From Selaginella moellendorffii (taxonomy: Eukaryota > Plantae > Lycopodiophyta), in NCBI RefSeq assembly GCF_000143415.4, contig NW_003314264.1:2055710-2119709 (forward strand): 64,000 nt of DNA, read 5' to 3'. The notes beneath the pieces were generated by a model. That model saw only the letters and a program-made list of their open reading frames with translations, had not been told where the DNA came from and searched no databases. The first letter of the stretch is position 1. The number at the start of each line of letters is the position of its first letter. Position numbers and translations under genes: made by a program. Below, in pieces: positions 12,525 through 26,719 of the stretch.

Positions 12525-15500
12525 CTGTCTGTGGGTGATAGGCTGTGCTGAATTTCAACTTGGTGCGATACTGTTCCAGGAGAGTCCTCCAGAACCTACT
12601 GGTGAAGATCTTATCTCGATATGAGATGATCTCTTCTGGTCTTCCCCGCACTCGAACCACTTGTTCGAAGAACAGCTTCGCCACACCTTCCGCATCCACT
12701 TCCGTTGTGGTGGCTATGAAATGTGCCATTTTCGAAAATCGGTCCACCACCACGAATATCGCATCAAACCCCTTGCTTGGGGGGAGTCCCGTGATGAAGT
12801 CCATCGTAAGACATTTCCACGGGCGATCTGGAATGGGGATGCTTTGCAACAAGCCCCCACTAGCCTCAGTCACGGCTTTTACCTGCTGACATGTTGGGCA
12901 TGTCTTTACATAGTCTTGGACGTCCTTAGCCATATCTGGCCAATGGTACTTCCTTTTGAGTAAGCCCATTGTCTTGGGCACTCTGCCGTGTCCCGCAAGA
13001 GGTCCGTCATGACACTCTTCTAAGGCCACCTTCCTTAGTTCCCCTTCTGGAACATACACCCTCGTTTGCTTGTAATAAATGAGTCCGTTGCGTTCCGCAT
13101 AGCCCGTTTTCTCTTCCGTTGGCAGCTCATCTCTCTGGTGAGCTTCTCGCGCCTCTAGATTCCTCAGAAACACTTCCTGTGCTAGACCATCGTTCTCATA
13201 TGCTGTCCGCACATCGTCCCAGAAGGTTGCTGTTGCGCTGGATATTGCCAACCTCAAGCTCACTTTTCGACTTAGCGCATCTGCCACGATGTTGCTCTTC
13301 CCAGGCTTGTACAGAATTTCGCAATCAAACTCGGCCAAGGCATTGGCCCACCGACCTTGTTTCCCTCTTAGGTCAGGCTGTGACAAGAAGTGTTTCGTTG
13401 CCACATTGTCCGTGTAAACCTTGAAGTGTCTCCCAAGGTAGTGTCGCCACTCCTTGAGCACCTTGACCACCGCAAACAATTCCTTCTCGTGGGCAGGCCA
13501 CTTCCGTTGAGCCTTGTCCAGCTTCTTCGAGAAGAACGCTACTGGATGGTTGTCTTGCTTCAAAACTGCGCCCAACGCAAAGTCCGAAGCATCCGTTTCT
13601 ACCTCAAAGTCCTTACCAAAGTCTGGTAATGCCAATATGGGAGCCTTCCTCAACTTCCCTTTGAGGTGGACGAATGCCGCCTCGCATTCCGCTGTCCACA
13701 CCATCTTCCCTTTTCCTGTTTGGTCCGTTAAGGGCAGGGCTACTCTCGAATAGTGTCTGATAAACTTTCGATAGTAGTTGCAAAGCCCCAGGAATGCCCT
13801 CAACTCATGTACATTGGCTGGTCGCTCCCATTCCTGGATCGCTTGGACCTTCTACGGGTCCACCTTGAGCCCATCCTGGCCCACCACATGCCCGAGAAAC
13901 TTTACCTCTTGTTGAGCAAAGTCACATTTGCTCTCTTTAGCATACAGCTTGTGTTCCCTTAGTTTCTCAAACACCTTCGCCAAGTGTTCGGCATGCTCCT
14001 CTAGCGTTTCGCTATAGATCAGGATGTCGTCGATATAGACGACCACGAAGTGATCCAGATAGGGTACAAAGATGTGGTTCATTAGCGCCGAAAACGTTGC
14101 CGGCGCATTACATAGCCCGAAGGGCATCACCAGAAACTCAAAGCTCCCATACCTCGTTCGACAGGTTGTCTTCTCGACATCTTCCTCGGCTACCCTGATC
14201 TGGTAGTATTCTGACCTTAGGTCAATCCTCGAGAAGTATTTTGCCTTTCCCAACCTATCGAACAGGTCCTCAATCCTTGGCAAAGGGTACTTGTTCTTCT
14301 TTGTATACTTGTTGAGCAACCGGTAGTCTATGCACATGCGCATAGATCCATCTTTCTTTTTCACAAATAACACCGGTGCCCCATACGGCGACTTGCTCAA
14401 CCTAACATACCCTTTGTCCACCAACTCCTCTAGTTGGCACTTGAGCTCCTTGAGTTCTTTTTCGTTCAAACGATAAGGGGGACGAACCACTGCCTCAGCA
14501 CCCTCGACCAGCTCAATCTTATGTTCTATCGGTCGTGCTGGGGGTAGCCCCGCCGGTAGCTCTTCCGGCATGGTATCCTGGAATTGGTCCAACACCCGCT
14601 GGATCACTAAAGGTACTTCTTCCATTTCTGTCTTTTTGTCACTCTTCACCGAGAGTAAGCACAAAAAGGCCGCCTTAGTTCCTTTAGTGAGTTGTCCTCT
14701 CGTTGACACCAGGTTTAAGCAAGAATCTTTGGCCTTGCTTTGCCCTACCTTTAGATCTTGGGCCTCCACCCTAGATCTTCTTCTTTGGGCATTCGCCAGT
14801 ACCACAAGGTTTCTACCTTGACCATGCAGGGCTACCACGAATCGATTGAACCAGTCCATTCCGAAGATCACATCAAATCCCGCCATGTCCAACACGGTGA
14901 AATCCATGTCCACCTTCCAAGTCCCCACTTCGACTCTCGCTTGTCGAAGTACCTCATCGGTGCTTTGGCTACCTTGAACAAACTCTATAGTCCTTGGTTC
15001 ACCTAGCCGCTGCACCGTTAGTCCGGCTTGCCGGACTATGTTTGCAGCCACAAAATTATCCGAAGCACCCGTGTCAATAAGAATCTTAACAAAGCTACCT
15101 CCGAGCTTCCCTCGGAGGGCTAGTAGATGTTGCGAACGACTCTCTAACAAAGTTGCTCGTGTAATGAGTAACTTTGAGTTAGGGACTGGATCACATACCT
15201 CATTTTGGACTTCACCCGACTTGATGGCCATATTGGCTCTGGCCTTCTTCGGGTAGGGACTTTCCCTCGAGAAGTGTCCCGCTTCACCGCAGTTGTAGCA
15301 TACGTTGTTTCCCACGCTGCTATATGACTTGACCTTCTTATCCGTGGGTTTGTCTCTTTTTGCTTGACTCCCCCACGTACTCGCTCGCTGGCCCCCGGAT
15401 TTGCCTTTCCGGAACCCCGAGGACTCATTCTTAGAGAAACTCCTCTTGAATTTCCCTCTGCTAAACGTTCCCCTTGGTTTGGCCCCTTTGCTGAACGTGG

Positions 15501-18500
15501 ATCCCGACCCCGTCGTGTTCCCCTTTCGCAAGTTATCGTTGAAATGCACCTTGATGGCTGCATCCAACGCTTCCTTGTAGTTGGTCGGGTTCCACCGCAT
15601 TACTTCGCCGCGAGCCCAGGTTTGCAAACCTGATATGAAGGCATGGAACGCATCCATATCCCCCATGTCCGTGACAAGTATCCTCTTTGCCATAAACCCA
15701 TTCACATACTCCTGAATGGTTCCGGTCTGCTTCAGCCTACTCAGCTTGTCCCTTAGGTGCAGAGTAGCATTCGGAGGAACGTAAGTTGCGCGGATCCTCG
15801 CCTTCATCATTTCCCAAGTGGCCACCGGTCCTTCGTTGGCCTCCGTTGTTCTCCACCAAGACTTGGCATTATCTGCCAAGTATGGTTTTGCACATGGGAC
15901 CTTTTTCGAGCTCGGTAATCGCAACGCTCGGAAGTAGTCCTCCATATCGTAAAACCAATCCTCCACCACCTTATAGTCGTTCACTCCCTTGAAGACCGGT
16001 GGGGGCTTTGGTTTGTACTTGGGAACTGCCTGAGGGACTGATTCCACTTCGGTCTGTTCGACCTTGTCTGGTTTTGCCTCAGTCCCTGCCGAAGGGTCCG
16101 TACCTTCTGCGCTGCCAGCATCCGCAGTCTTTCGCTTTTTCTTCTGCTTCTCGTCACGCTTTAGCTTGCGTATGAGAGTCTCTAGCAAGGCATTGGTCTG
16201 TGCCAATTGTCCTTCTAGAACATCCAATCGAGCCTTGGACGACCGAACCTCACCACCAGACTCCTGTTTGGAAGTTGCCTCACTGGAGTCCTCCTCATGC
16301 AAGGATTCCTCATCCATCGCCTCCTGTTCGACCGGGGGCTCCAGCTCTGGAGGAGGTTCCGTCTCTGCCTGGGTTCGCTTACGTCCTGCCCTTGCCATCT
16401 CCCAGCAATCCGCCTCTATCCTTCGCTAGAACTGAGGAAGAGGCTCCGATACCAAATTGTAAGCCACAAATTTTTCCTTTTCAATTTGCCAGCTTACCTC
16501 GCCTATCCGACCAACTCTGCCTTGGCTTGTGCTAAGTTCCCTCGCCAAGGTTCTCGCCTATGGTGCCAGCTCCTACTTGGTTTCAGCTACTTACTGCATG
16601 AGCAACGGAGTGTTAGCCATCCATCTACGGATTCCCAAATCTCTCCCAATCCCCCTCCCCGGGTTAGACTGGACTTAAGGTTCGGCTACACTCCCCGCAG
16701 GCACAAACAGCCAAGCACACCAAGCCTCCAGATTCCTAACACCCCAAGGTACCACAAGGCTTGATCATGGGACCCTCTAAATCCCAAGCCTTGGGTGCAG
16801 CACTTGCTTCGGGACGTCGGGGTGAAACACCGTGGCCTAACGGCCCGGTATGGGTACCTCTACCCCCCCACTTTCATCCCGAAGGGAAGGCCCAAGCCCC
16901 CGGAAGGGCGAGGACCAATGAGCCACAAGGTACTCAAGTGGGGCACCACTCCACCTGAGCCGGGAGCACCGCAGTCGGTTTCCCTTTCGGGAGTGGGAGC
17001 TGCTCTTGAGCACTTCCTTGGATGGCCCCTCCGGCACCAGCCAAGTCCATGCTCACTCCCACCCAAGGCCCCTCGGTCCCAGTCCCAACCTCAAGTCGGT
17101 TTGGAAGCCCAACTGGAGAGTCCCTTCTAAACTGGTTCCTGGACCTCACTATCCCTACTATACTTTTGGAACCCCCTGCAGCCCCCCCCCCCTGGGAGAC
17201 GCACGCTTTGGGCTTTCACCCCTTGACCCGTATTAGTATTTGGACTTAGTCTCTGGCTCGATCTCGGACCCGATTTCGGATCCGACTTCGGATTTGGTTT
17301 CGGACTCGATCTCGGACTCGATCTCGGACCCGATCTCGGGTCCGACCTCGGACTCGATCTCGGACCCGATTTTGGATCTCGGACTCCGTCTCGAACTCGG
17401 TCTCGAACTCGGACTCGAACTCGGTCCCCGAGTCGGTCTTGGACTCGATTCCGGACCCTATCTCGAACTCGGTCCTAGAGTCGGTCTTGGACTCGATCCT
17501 CGACTTGGTCCCATCCGATGAACTCTTTGTCATTTCGGTCAAGCTTTTGGGGATCCTTTAGCCTACGACATCTCGGGGAGTCGGTTCCTTACACCATGGG
17601 GCTCGCGTAGGCCCACGGTGTTTCGAAATGTTGTCCCGGAGTCCCAAATGGAGAAAGGAGGAAGAGCAATCCTCTAGTGTGGTGACTAAGGATACAGTCA
17701 CATGGTAAGAAAGTCCCGGAGGACCATGGGACTTAGTGGTCGGGCCTGTGGGCCTTGATCTAGTGGCAGTGGCGGTGAACATGGCCATGGACAAAAAAGG
17801 GACTTGGTAGGAACTGACAAAGGGATATTGGGGAAGGCTATTCCCCATGTCTGTGGGCATCCTAAGGATGCTAAGGAGTGGATCTGGGTTGACCACTCAT
17901 GGATGGATGGCCCAGTTTTGGAGAGACGGGATTGTGATGCAAGTGGTATTGGACCACTAGTGTGGCAAAGGTGAATGGGTATGGCCTTAGCGTAACAGGT
18001 TGCTATGTCGGTGATATCTTTGAGTGTCGGTCATGGGATCGGACACGTGGAGCACTTGGACCAAGTGCAAGGGTTGAGTGGCGGGGATGCCATCCTCAGG
18101 GCTAGCAAGCCCAAGTCTGAAAAAGGACTTATGGAGGTTGTGAGTGAGACTCCTCCAAGTGGTCAGAGGTGTGGTTAAGTGACTAAAGTAGAATGGAAAA
18201 ATTAATCGCTTACAATTTGGTATCAGAGTTGTTCATTAGTTCGACTTTTATTGGTGCTCAAATATATTACCATCGATATTGGCATCAGAAGGTCCTAGGA
18301 GTGGGCCTATCCTTGAGGAGTAGCATGTCAAGAGGATATGGCTCTCCACTCAAGTTCATGCGTGAACTTGGGCGCGATGTGGTGGATAGAAAAGGGGCCA
18401 TTAAGGGAACGACTTTGGGATCTTGGGAACAGTATAAGGGTTTCCTCAGAGAGTTGAGGAGTTGATCTAGATGAGTGTTTGACTTAGCAAACTGGCTGAT

Positions 18501-20714
18501 ATAGTTGTGGTAAACAATTACAGTTGGGATCACGGGAAAGATGCGGACTCTAGAACAATAAAGGAGTCACAAGATTACCCTTATATAGTTGAGGCTGGTA
18601 CTCATAAAATTGAGACCAGAATTAATGACTGTGAAATGTCAAATACGGATGAGGACACGAGTCCTTGAAATGGTGGTTGGGGCTACCTTTAAATAAATGC
18701 TGGAACAACCCAAGGAGTTAGGGGTGTACTTAAAGATGAGTTGCTATTCTCATCACATGGACAAATAGTTCTAAGGGGCAAAGGTTAGCCCCAAGAAAAT
18801 CATCAAGTGTCGGAGTAACACTTGCAAAGATTGTCCTTGTGAGTAGGATATGAATACAAGAAGTTGTATTTTAGCGAGTTGGCACCTTGAAGACTAAGAC
18901 CTCGCAAGTTGTTGGATTAGCAAAGTCCAAAATGCTAAATGACTCAAGTGGAGTCAGGGAATGGTCCTAAGGGATTGGTTGAAGCATTTGGACTGAGGTG
19001 TATGGTGCCTCATGAGGTATGGGGAGGATCATAAGATCCAAGTACGAGAACAGTAGATATCTCATTGATGGCAAAATGTGCCATACCAAAGTTGTGGGAA
19101 AGATGTTCCTAGAAGAAAGCAACTTTGGCCTAGAGTTGGGTGCAAACACTATGGTGCGATGCTAATGGATAGTTAGCATAAGGAACAACCATATTGGTCT
19201 TGGCAAAGACCTAAACACTAAAAATAATGTCATAAGGATAGGCTCGTGGGGCCAATGGTGTAGAGACACCAAATGTGCCAAGGTGAGATACCTTGAGGTT
19301 ATGTTGATGGGTTCATAAGAACCCCTTGCCAAGACAATCCCAACGGAAATGGGAATGGCATAGCCTAAGCTGGAAGGCATGCGGTTAGAGTGTGGTGACC
19401 CAAATAATGATGGAGGTATGGAAGCACCAGCAATGAGTTGTAGAACTTGATAACTATGAGGCAACTAAGCAAAAGGTGCGAAATAATTAGTTAAATTGGT
19501 AGAAGGTAACTACCTATGACTTCTTATGCCGATAAGGAAGTTAGATATACCCTTATGGGGGAGAAATTGCTTACGTTGTGAAATAGTAAGTCAATGTCGT
19601 AAAGGGAATGCTCATTGTCAAAGAAGGCCATCATTGGGACACCCAGACACTCTAAAACACGCATGGAATGTGAAGTGTTTAGTGTCGCATTCAATGCGAA
19701 CCGGGCCCGGTCGCACAGGGCATTGTAAGCGACTAATTTTTCCATTCTACTTTAGTCACTTAACCACACCTTCGACCGCTTGGAGGAGTCTCATTCACAA
19801 CCTCCTTAAGTCCAATTCAGGACTTGGGGCTTGCTAGCCCAAGAATGGCATCCATGCCACTCATCGCTTGCACTTAGTCCAAGTGCTCCACGTGTCCGGT
19901 CCCAAGACCGACACCCAAAGGCACCACTGACATATCGGCCCATTACGCTAAGGCCATGCCCATTCACCTTTGCTGCACTAGTGGTCCAATACCACTTGCA
20001 TCACAATCCCGTCTCTCCAAAACTGGGCCATCCGTCCACGAGTGGTCAACCCAGATCCACTCCTTAGCATCCTTAGGATGCCCACAGACATGGGGAATAG
20101 CCTTCCCCAATATCCCTTTATCAGTTCCTACCAAGTCCCTTTTCTGTCCATGGCCATGTTCGCGAACACTACCACTCGATCAAGGCCCACAGGCCCGACC
20201 ACTAAGTCCCATGGTCCTCCGGGACTTCCTCACCATGTGACTGTATCCTTAGTCACCACACTAGAGGACTGCTCTTCCTCCTTTCTCCATTTGGGACTCC
20301 GGGACAACATTTCGAAACACCGTGGGCCTACGCGAGCCCCATGGGTACTCTCCCGCCTTCCGCCTTTAGGTGCTCTAGCCATGGGCTTAGAGCGAGGTTC
20401 CGTTGAGCCACGCCTGGTATCCAAGTAGTGCCACCCACACTTGGACTGGGAGCATCGGCCAGTCGATCTCCCGGGGGAACTAGAGCTGGCTCTTGAACAC
20501 TTCACCAAGCTACCCCGCTTGTCGGTCCGTATTCACTCTAATCTTGGACTTCCTAGTGGTCAGTTCATCACCCAACACTGGGTCTGGCCTTCCTGGGCCA
20601 AACTGGCCTTTCTTGGCCAAACTGGCTCCACTGCAGTCCTCCCCCTTACTATACTTTTGGAGCTCACCAAACCCCCCAGGGTCTGGGAGACTAACGCTTT
20701 GAGCTTTCACCCTC

Positions 20715-21390
20715 TCAGACTCGAACTTGGACTCAGACTCGGACTTGAACTCGGACTCGGACTCGGACTCAGACTCGGACTCAGACTCGGACTCGGGCTC
20801 GGGCTCGGTCTCAGCCTTGGCCTCGGTCTCGGTCTCGGTCCCAATCCCGGTCTCGGTCTCGGTCCCGGTCTCGGTCCCGGTCTCGGTCTCGACCTCGGAC
20901 TCCATCTCGAGTCCTTCTCGGACTCCATCTCGGACTCCATCTCGGACTCCGTCTCGGTCCATCTCAGACTCCATCTCGGACTCCATCTCGGACTCCATCT
21001 CGGACTCCATCTCAGACTCCATCTCGGACTCCATCTCGGACTCTGTCTCGGTCCATCTCGGACTCCATCTCGGGTCCATACTCGGACTCCGTCTCGGTCC
21101 ACCTCGGACTCCATCTCGGACTCCATCTCGGACTCCATCTCGGGTCCATCTCGGACTCCATCTTGGACTCCATCTCGGGTCCATCTCGGACTTCGTCTCG
21201 GTCCACCTCGGACTCCACTTCGGGTCCATCTCGGACTCCATATCGGACTCCATCTCGGACTCCACTTCGGGTCCATCTCGAACTCCATATCGGACTCCAT
21301 CTCGGACTCCACTTCGGACTCTATATCGGACTCCACTTCGGGTCCATCTTGGACTCCAACTAGGGTCCGCCTCGGACTCCATCTCGGACA
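20715..21390 (-). repeat. Expanded tandem array in the A2 3' LTR
   Basis: GGACTC/GGTCTC 6-mers and GGACTCCATCTC 12-mers. Confidence 0.9.
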
Positions 21391-23024
21391 CTTCCACGTA
21401 TCATGTGTTGGTCCTTTTTGGGTCCCTTTTTGGAGCCTTGCTTATTGCTCGCTTCATGCTCGCTCCTTGAGCACTTTGTTGGGAGTTCCACTCCCGCTCT
21501 TGACCTTCCAAGTCAGAGCTTTTAGTCCAAACGTGTTACACTCGTTTGGGCTTTCGCTTCGGCCACTACCACGTGGCACCCTTTCTGGCTCCACTTTGGG
21601 GCCTAGGGATTTTGTGTTTCACAACTCCACCACCCATAGACGAAGTTCGATGTCCTCATCGAACGGTAAACCATTTTATAAAGTAGCACCCGCATATGTC
21701 ACCATTTCCATCCTTGGCCCCTAGCCAATATTTGTCAATGGTTGGACATTGAAGGCTCACCATGCCTTCTCCATATTCATTAATGGTTCGACACCAAAGG
21801 CTCACCATGCCTTGCCCATCCTCTAAGGAGGATAGTCTCTCCAACTTAGAGACTCACTTGACCACCTGGGGTGGTTTGCTCCTTTTTATCGGTTTAGTTC
21901 TCGCTAAACCCATTAGAGACACCCTCTCTAACTCAATTCCACTACTCATTCTTGAGTAGTCACAGATTCCATTAATCTGCCTTTGCACTTTGGAATGTTT
22001 ACTCTTGACTTTTTGGAGTCAATTTCCTAGGTGTCTCCGACACCTTGCCTTGCACATTTTGTGCAACTCCACTTCCCCTCCTAGAAAGTTCTCTACTCTA
22101 GGGCACCCTCATCCTCCTTTCTATTTTTGGGCCACCATTAGCATTACGTTCCATTTATCATTATTTGTGCTAGGGCTGTCCACAGCTCTATCTTTTGGCT
22201 ACTTAGTTGCTCCCTCACTTGGAACCTTTCCTTTGCCAAATTGGAGCACTTGGGAATCCATCCTTGGAAGTCCACTTCTTTTTCCGCAATCCGTTAGCAT
22301 CAAACACATTAGTGTTCCTTGGCTAACTTTGCCACTTGGATTCTTTTCAATGGATTCCACGGCCCTATCTTGGGCACTCGTCTTTTGCTCCTATCCTTGG
22401 ATTGTTGCACCAAGCAACATAGGATCATTACCTCCTTCCTTGAGGTATTCTTTTGGTTCCATAGCAAAGGATCTGCTTTGCCCAGACTAGGGTGTTCACC
22501 CCTAGTAAGTCTCCCCACTGTTCTAGGCTCTCTTCCTAGCCCAACCTTGTGACCCACCCATGGGCCTGTCTCTAGAGACTATTTTCTTGAACTCATAATA
22601 CCATTGTATTGTAGTAGTTCATTTCCCTTAGGTGTCCTTCTCACTTAGTCACCTTGACCAAGCCACACCTTTATCAATAGTTCAAATCAACACTTTGAAT
22701 TAGGAATCATATTCCTTAAACCAAACAAAGACTTTGTCTTTGTTTAACCACAAGATCACCTAGTGATCTCATCTTGACCCCTTAATAGGTCTATCAATAG
22801 GAACTAGGTCTTCCAAACCCTTCTAAGTTGTTGACTATGACCCTGGGGGCATCCCCCACACTTGGCGGTGCGCCCAAGCCAGCCCTTCCGGCCAAGGATC
22901 CATAGCAATTGAGACTTTAGTGTCCCCATTTCATTCACCACGTTCTTGGTGCCCTTTGCACCAAAGTGTTCAAGTTAGATATGCCGAGCTTTCACTCTAA
23001 GCAATCTAACCGTGCATCACGACT

Positions 23025-23250
23025 CCGAGGCATCCCCCGTTTGGCGGTGTGCCCAAGCCAATCTCCTCATTGAGAGTCCATGACCACCGAAATATGAGTG
23101 TCCTCATATTCCAAACCATCACCACGCCCTAGTGATTTGGGACTCGAACCCAAGCACTAGAGGGTTGGGACTCGAACCCAACCTCCGTATATGCATCTAC
23201 GGATGGCATCCCCTAGGATGCCTGGCGTGACTCTCCACGCCGGTGCACCA
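23025..23250 (-). ncRNA. Structured T-loop element, A2 copy
   Basis: Two GGGTTCGAGTCCC hairpins plus GGCGTG/CACGCC, GGCATCC/GGATGCC and TCCGTA/TACGGA stems. Confidence 0.55.
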
Positions 23251-26200
23251 ACTTTTACTCAAAGCGCGCTATATATCACAGCTTAGGAACCTAGTTCCTC
23301 CACACTGCCAAGTCCTCTCACTTGACAAGTCTGTGATCATGCATGGACTCCTCCATGCTTGGCCCTATGGCCCACCCCTTTTGAAGTTATCACTTTCAAC
23401 TAGGGTATTTGTTCCCCTAACTTGCCAATCTCACTTAGCAAGTCTTCTGACCACTGTAACATGGTTTCTACACAAGCGTGAAAGCCCTTGATCATCGACT
23501 TTCGTTCAAAGCCCTCTCTTTGAACACTCAGGAACTATTTCCCTAACCTTGATAGCTTTGCCTCATGGCAAGCTTTAAGACCATGCTTCTGCTGCGCCAC
23601 TCTGATTTCACGCTTTCTTTGAACCATTTACGCTTGGCCTTTCTAGGTACTAAGCTACCTAGAATCGTCTTTGGGAACTTTGAAGGAACTCCGTCCCTTA
23701 GCTTGCTAAGGTTTCCTTTTTCGCAAGCTTTCTAGTTGCCATATAGTCTAATATGGACTATTCCATATTTTAGACTCTCCATGGCATCACGGTTGCTAGC
23801 AACAACACCCTCGAGCCCCCACTTGATTCTCCACTCCCAACTGGCATAATTACTCTTGGTTATGCCCTTCAATTCCTATGGTTTGGTTCTATCCCCTTAC
23901 TACTTGCTTTTGGCTTCACACCTTTCCTTCGGTCATTCTCCTCCCGACTAGGAGGATAATTTTGCACTTTCTATCATGCCTTAGCAAGTATTCTTAGGGA
24001 TGAATCTACCCAATAGCCTAGGGAGTGGTTCCTCAATCCAGGTATGCTCACCCTATAATCCCACACACCGGGATTACGTTGTTGCTTATGGGCCCTTATA
24101 TGCCCATCACTAACCTTGCCAAAATTCCATTTTTGGCTTTGTCCAATTCGAGTAGACAGTCTTCTCCTGTCTCCGCCACCTTGGACATTTGGATAGCACC
24201 TTCTATCCATCATTCGCTAAAGACTTAGTCCCTTGGGCCTTATCTATTGCCCTCGCAACATCAAACACCACCTCTTGGTGTTCTAGAGTGTTTGGGTGTC
24301 CCAATGACGGCTTCCTTGACAATGAGTATTTCCTTTTATGACATTGACTTATTATATCGCAACATAAGCAACTTATCCCCCGTAAGGGTATATCCAACTT
24401 CCATATGCCATTAAGAAGGCTTGGGTAGCTACCTTCTACCCGTTTAACCAATTATTTTGCACCTCTCGCTTAGTTGCCTCATAGTTGTCAAGTCCTACAA
24501 CTCATTGCTGATGCTTCCACACCTCCACCATTATCTGGGTCACCACACTCCAATTGCATGCTCTGCAGCTTAGGCTATGCCATTCCCATTTCCATTGGGA
24601 TTCCCTTGGCAAGGGGTTCTCATGAACCCACCAACATAGCCTCAAGGTATCACACCTTGGCACCTTTGGTGTCTCCACACCATCGGCTCCACGAGCCTAC
24701 CTCTATGACACTTCTTCTTTATGTCTAAGTCTTTGCCAAGACCAATACCGCTCTTTCTTATGCCAACCATCCGTTAGCACTGCACCATAGAGGTCACACA
24801 CAACTTTGTATCAAAGTTGTTTTCTTTTGGGAACACCTTTCCCACGACTTTAGTATAGCACATTTTGCCATCGATGAGATACCCTCTATTCTCATCCTTG
24901 GATCCTATGGTCCCCTCCATCCTTTGTGGGGTACAACACACCTCAATCCAAATGCTTCCATTAGTCCTTTAGGACCATCCCTTGACTCTACTTGAGTCAT
25001 CCAGCAGTTTTGGACTTGGTTAATCCACAGAACCGTAAGGTCCTACTTGTCGGGCACTAGCTCACTGGAATACACTTCTTGCATTCATGTCCTCACTCAC
25101 AAGGGTTATTTTCACAAGTGTTACTCTGACATTTGATTTTGTTCTCTGGGGCAACCTTTGCCCCTTAGGACTACTTGTCCATGTGATGAGAGTACCAACT
25201 CATCTCTAAGTACACCCCCCAACTCCTTGGGTTGTTCCAGCATTTATTAAAGGTAGCCCTGGCTACCATTTCAAGGACTAGCGTCCTCTTCCGTATTTGA
25301 CCTCCCACAGTCATTATTTCTGGTCTCACATTCATGAGCACCAACCTCAACTATATGAGGATAATCTTGTGACTCCTTTATTGCTTTGGAGTCTTTATCT
25401 TTCCCGTGATCCCAAATATAGTTGTTTACCACAACAATATTAGCCAGTTTGCTAAGTCAAACGCTCATCTGGACCACATCCTCAACTCTCTGAGGAAAAC
25501 CATATACTGTTCCCAAGATCCCAAAGTCGTTCCCTTACTGGCCCCTTTTCTATCCACCACATCGTGCCCAAGTTCATGCATGAACTCGAGTGGAGAGCCA
25601 TGTCCTCTCGACGTGCTACTCCTCAAGAATAGGCCCACTCCTAGGACCTTCCGATGCCAATATCAATGGTGATATACTTGAGCACCAATAAAAATCGGAC
25701 TAAGGAACAGCTCTGATACCAAGTTGTAAGCGACTAATTTTTCCAATCTACTTTAGTCACTTAACCACACCTTCAACCGCTTGGAGGAGTCTCATTCACA
25801 ACCTCCTTAAGTCCAATTTAGGACTTGGGGCTTGCTAGCCCAAGAATGGCATCCATGCCACTCATCGTTTGCACTTAGTCCAAGTGCTCCACGTGTCCGG
25901 TCCCAAAACCGACACCCAAAGGCACCACTGACATATCAGCCCGTTACGCTAAGGCCATGCCCATTCACCTTTGCCGCACTAGTGGTCCAATACCACTTGC
26001 ATCACAATCCCGTCTCTCCAAAACTGGGCCATCCGTCCACGAGTGGTCAACCCAGATCCACTCTTTAGCATCCTTAGGATGCCCACAGACATGGGGAATA
26101 GCCTTCCCCAATATCCCTTTGTCAGTTCCTACCAAGTCCCTTTTCTGTCCCTGGCCATGTTCGCGAACACTGCCACTCGATCAAGGCCCATAGGCCTGAC

Positions 26201-26719
26201 CACTAAGTCCCATGGTCCTCCGGGACTTCCTCACCATGTGACTGTATCCTTAGTCACCACACTAGAGGACTGCTCTTCCTCCTTTCTCCATTTGGGACTC
26301 CGGGACAACATTTCGAAACACCGTGGGCCTACGCGAGCCCCGTGGGTACTCTCCCGCCTTCCGCCTTTAGGTGCTCTAGCCATGGGCTTAGAGCGAGGTT
26401 CCGTTGAGCCACGCCTGGTATCCAAATAGGTAGTGCCACCCACACTTGGACTGGGAGCATCGGCCAGTCGATCTCCCGGGGGAACTAGAGCCGGCTCTTG
26501 AACACTTCACCAAGCTACCCCGCTTGTCGGTCCGTATTCACTCTAGTCTTGGACTTCCCAGTGGTCAGTTCATCACCCAACACTGGGTTTGGCCTTCCTG
26601 GGCCAAACTGGCCTTTCCTGGCCAAACTGGCTCCACTGCAGTCCTCCCCCTTACTATACTTTTGGAGCTCACCAAACCCCCTAGGGTCTGGGAGACGAAC
26701 ACTTTGGGCTTTCACCCTC

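Larger units (their letters stand above)
11627..16398 (-). pseudogene. gag-pol polyprotein of B1 (Gag, Zn knuckle, protease, RT, RNase H, integrase, chromodomain) with two introns and two nonsense changes
   Basis: Motifs [38 protein letters not shown] and YEVEAIL..VKWKG..ATWEP. In-frame TAG at 13852-13854 and TAA near 12440. Splicing out 12479-12524 and 12009-12060 restores HPQTDGQTERVN and KLTQRFTGPY. Confidence 0.92.
10076..17593 (-). mobile_element. Full-length Ty3/gypsy chromovirus B1
   Basis: LTRs 16458-17593 (5') and 10076-11223 (3') differ by roughly ten transitions plus one 12-bp repeat unit (by eye). Perfect TSD CCATG at 10071-10075 and 17594-17598. PBS TGGTATCGGAGCC at 16442-16454. 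PPT at 11224-11237. Domain order is gag-PR-RT-RH-IN-chromodomain. Confidence 0.97.

Noticed and set aside
13852-13854. Programmed stop-codon readthrough in pol
   Set aside because: The TAG lies within the RT region at VDP*KV and is best explained as a point mutation. Other lesions (Zn-knuckle C>S, integrase D>Y) show this copy is decaying.
14570-16429. Antisense ORFs over gag-pol, and similar antisense ORFs over the host genes
   Set aside because: Shadow frames of real coding sequence.
20715-21390. CRISPR-like or telomeric interpretation of the arrays
   Set aside because: No unique spacers, eukaryotic context, and the units are not TTTAGGG.
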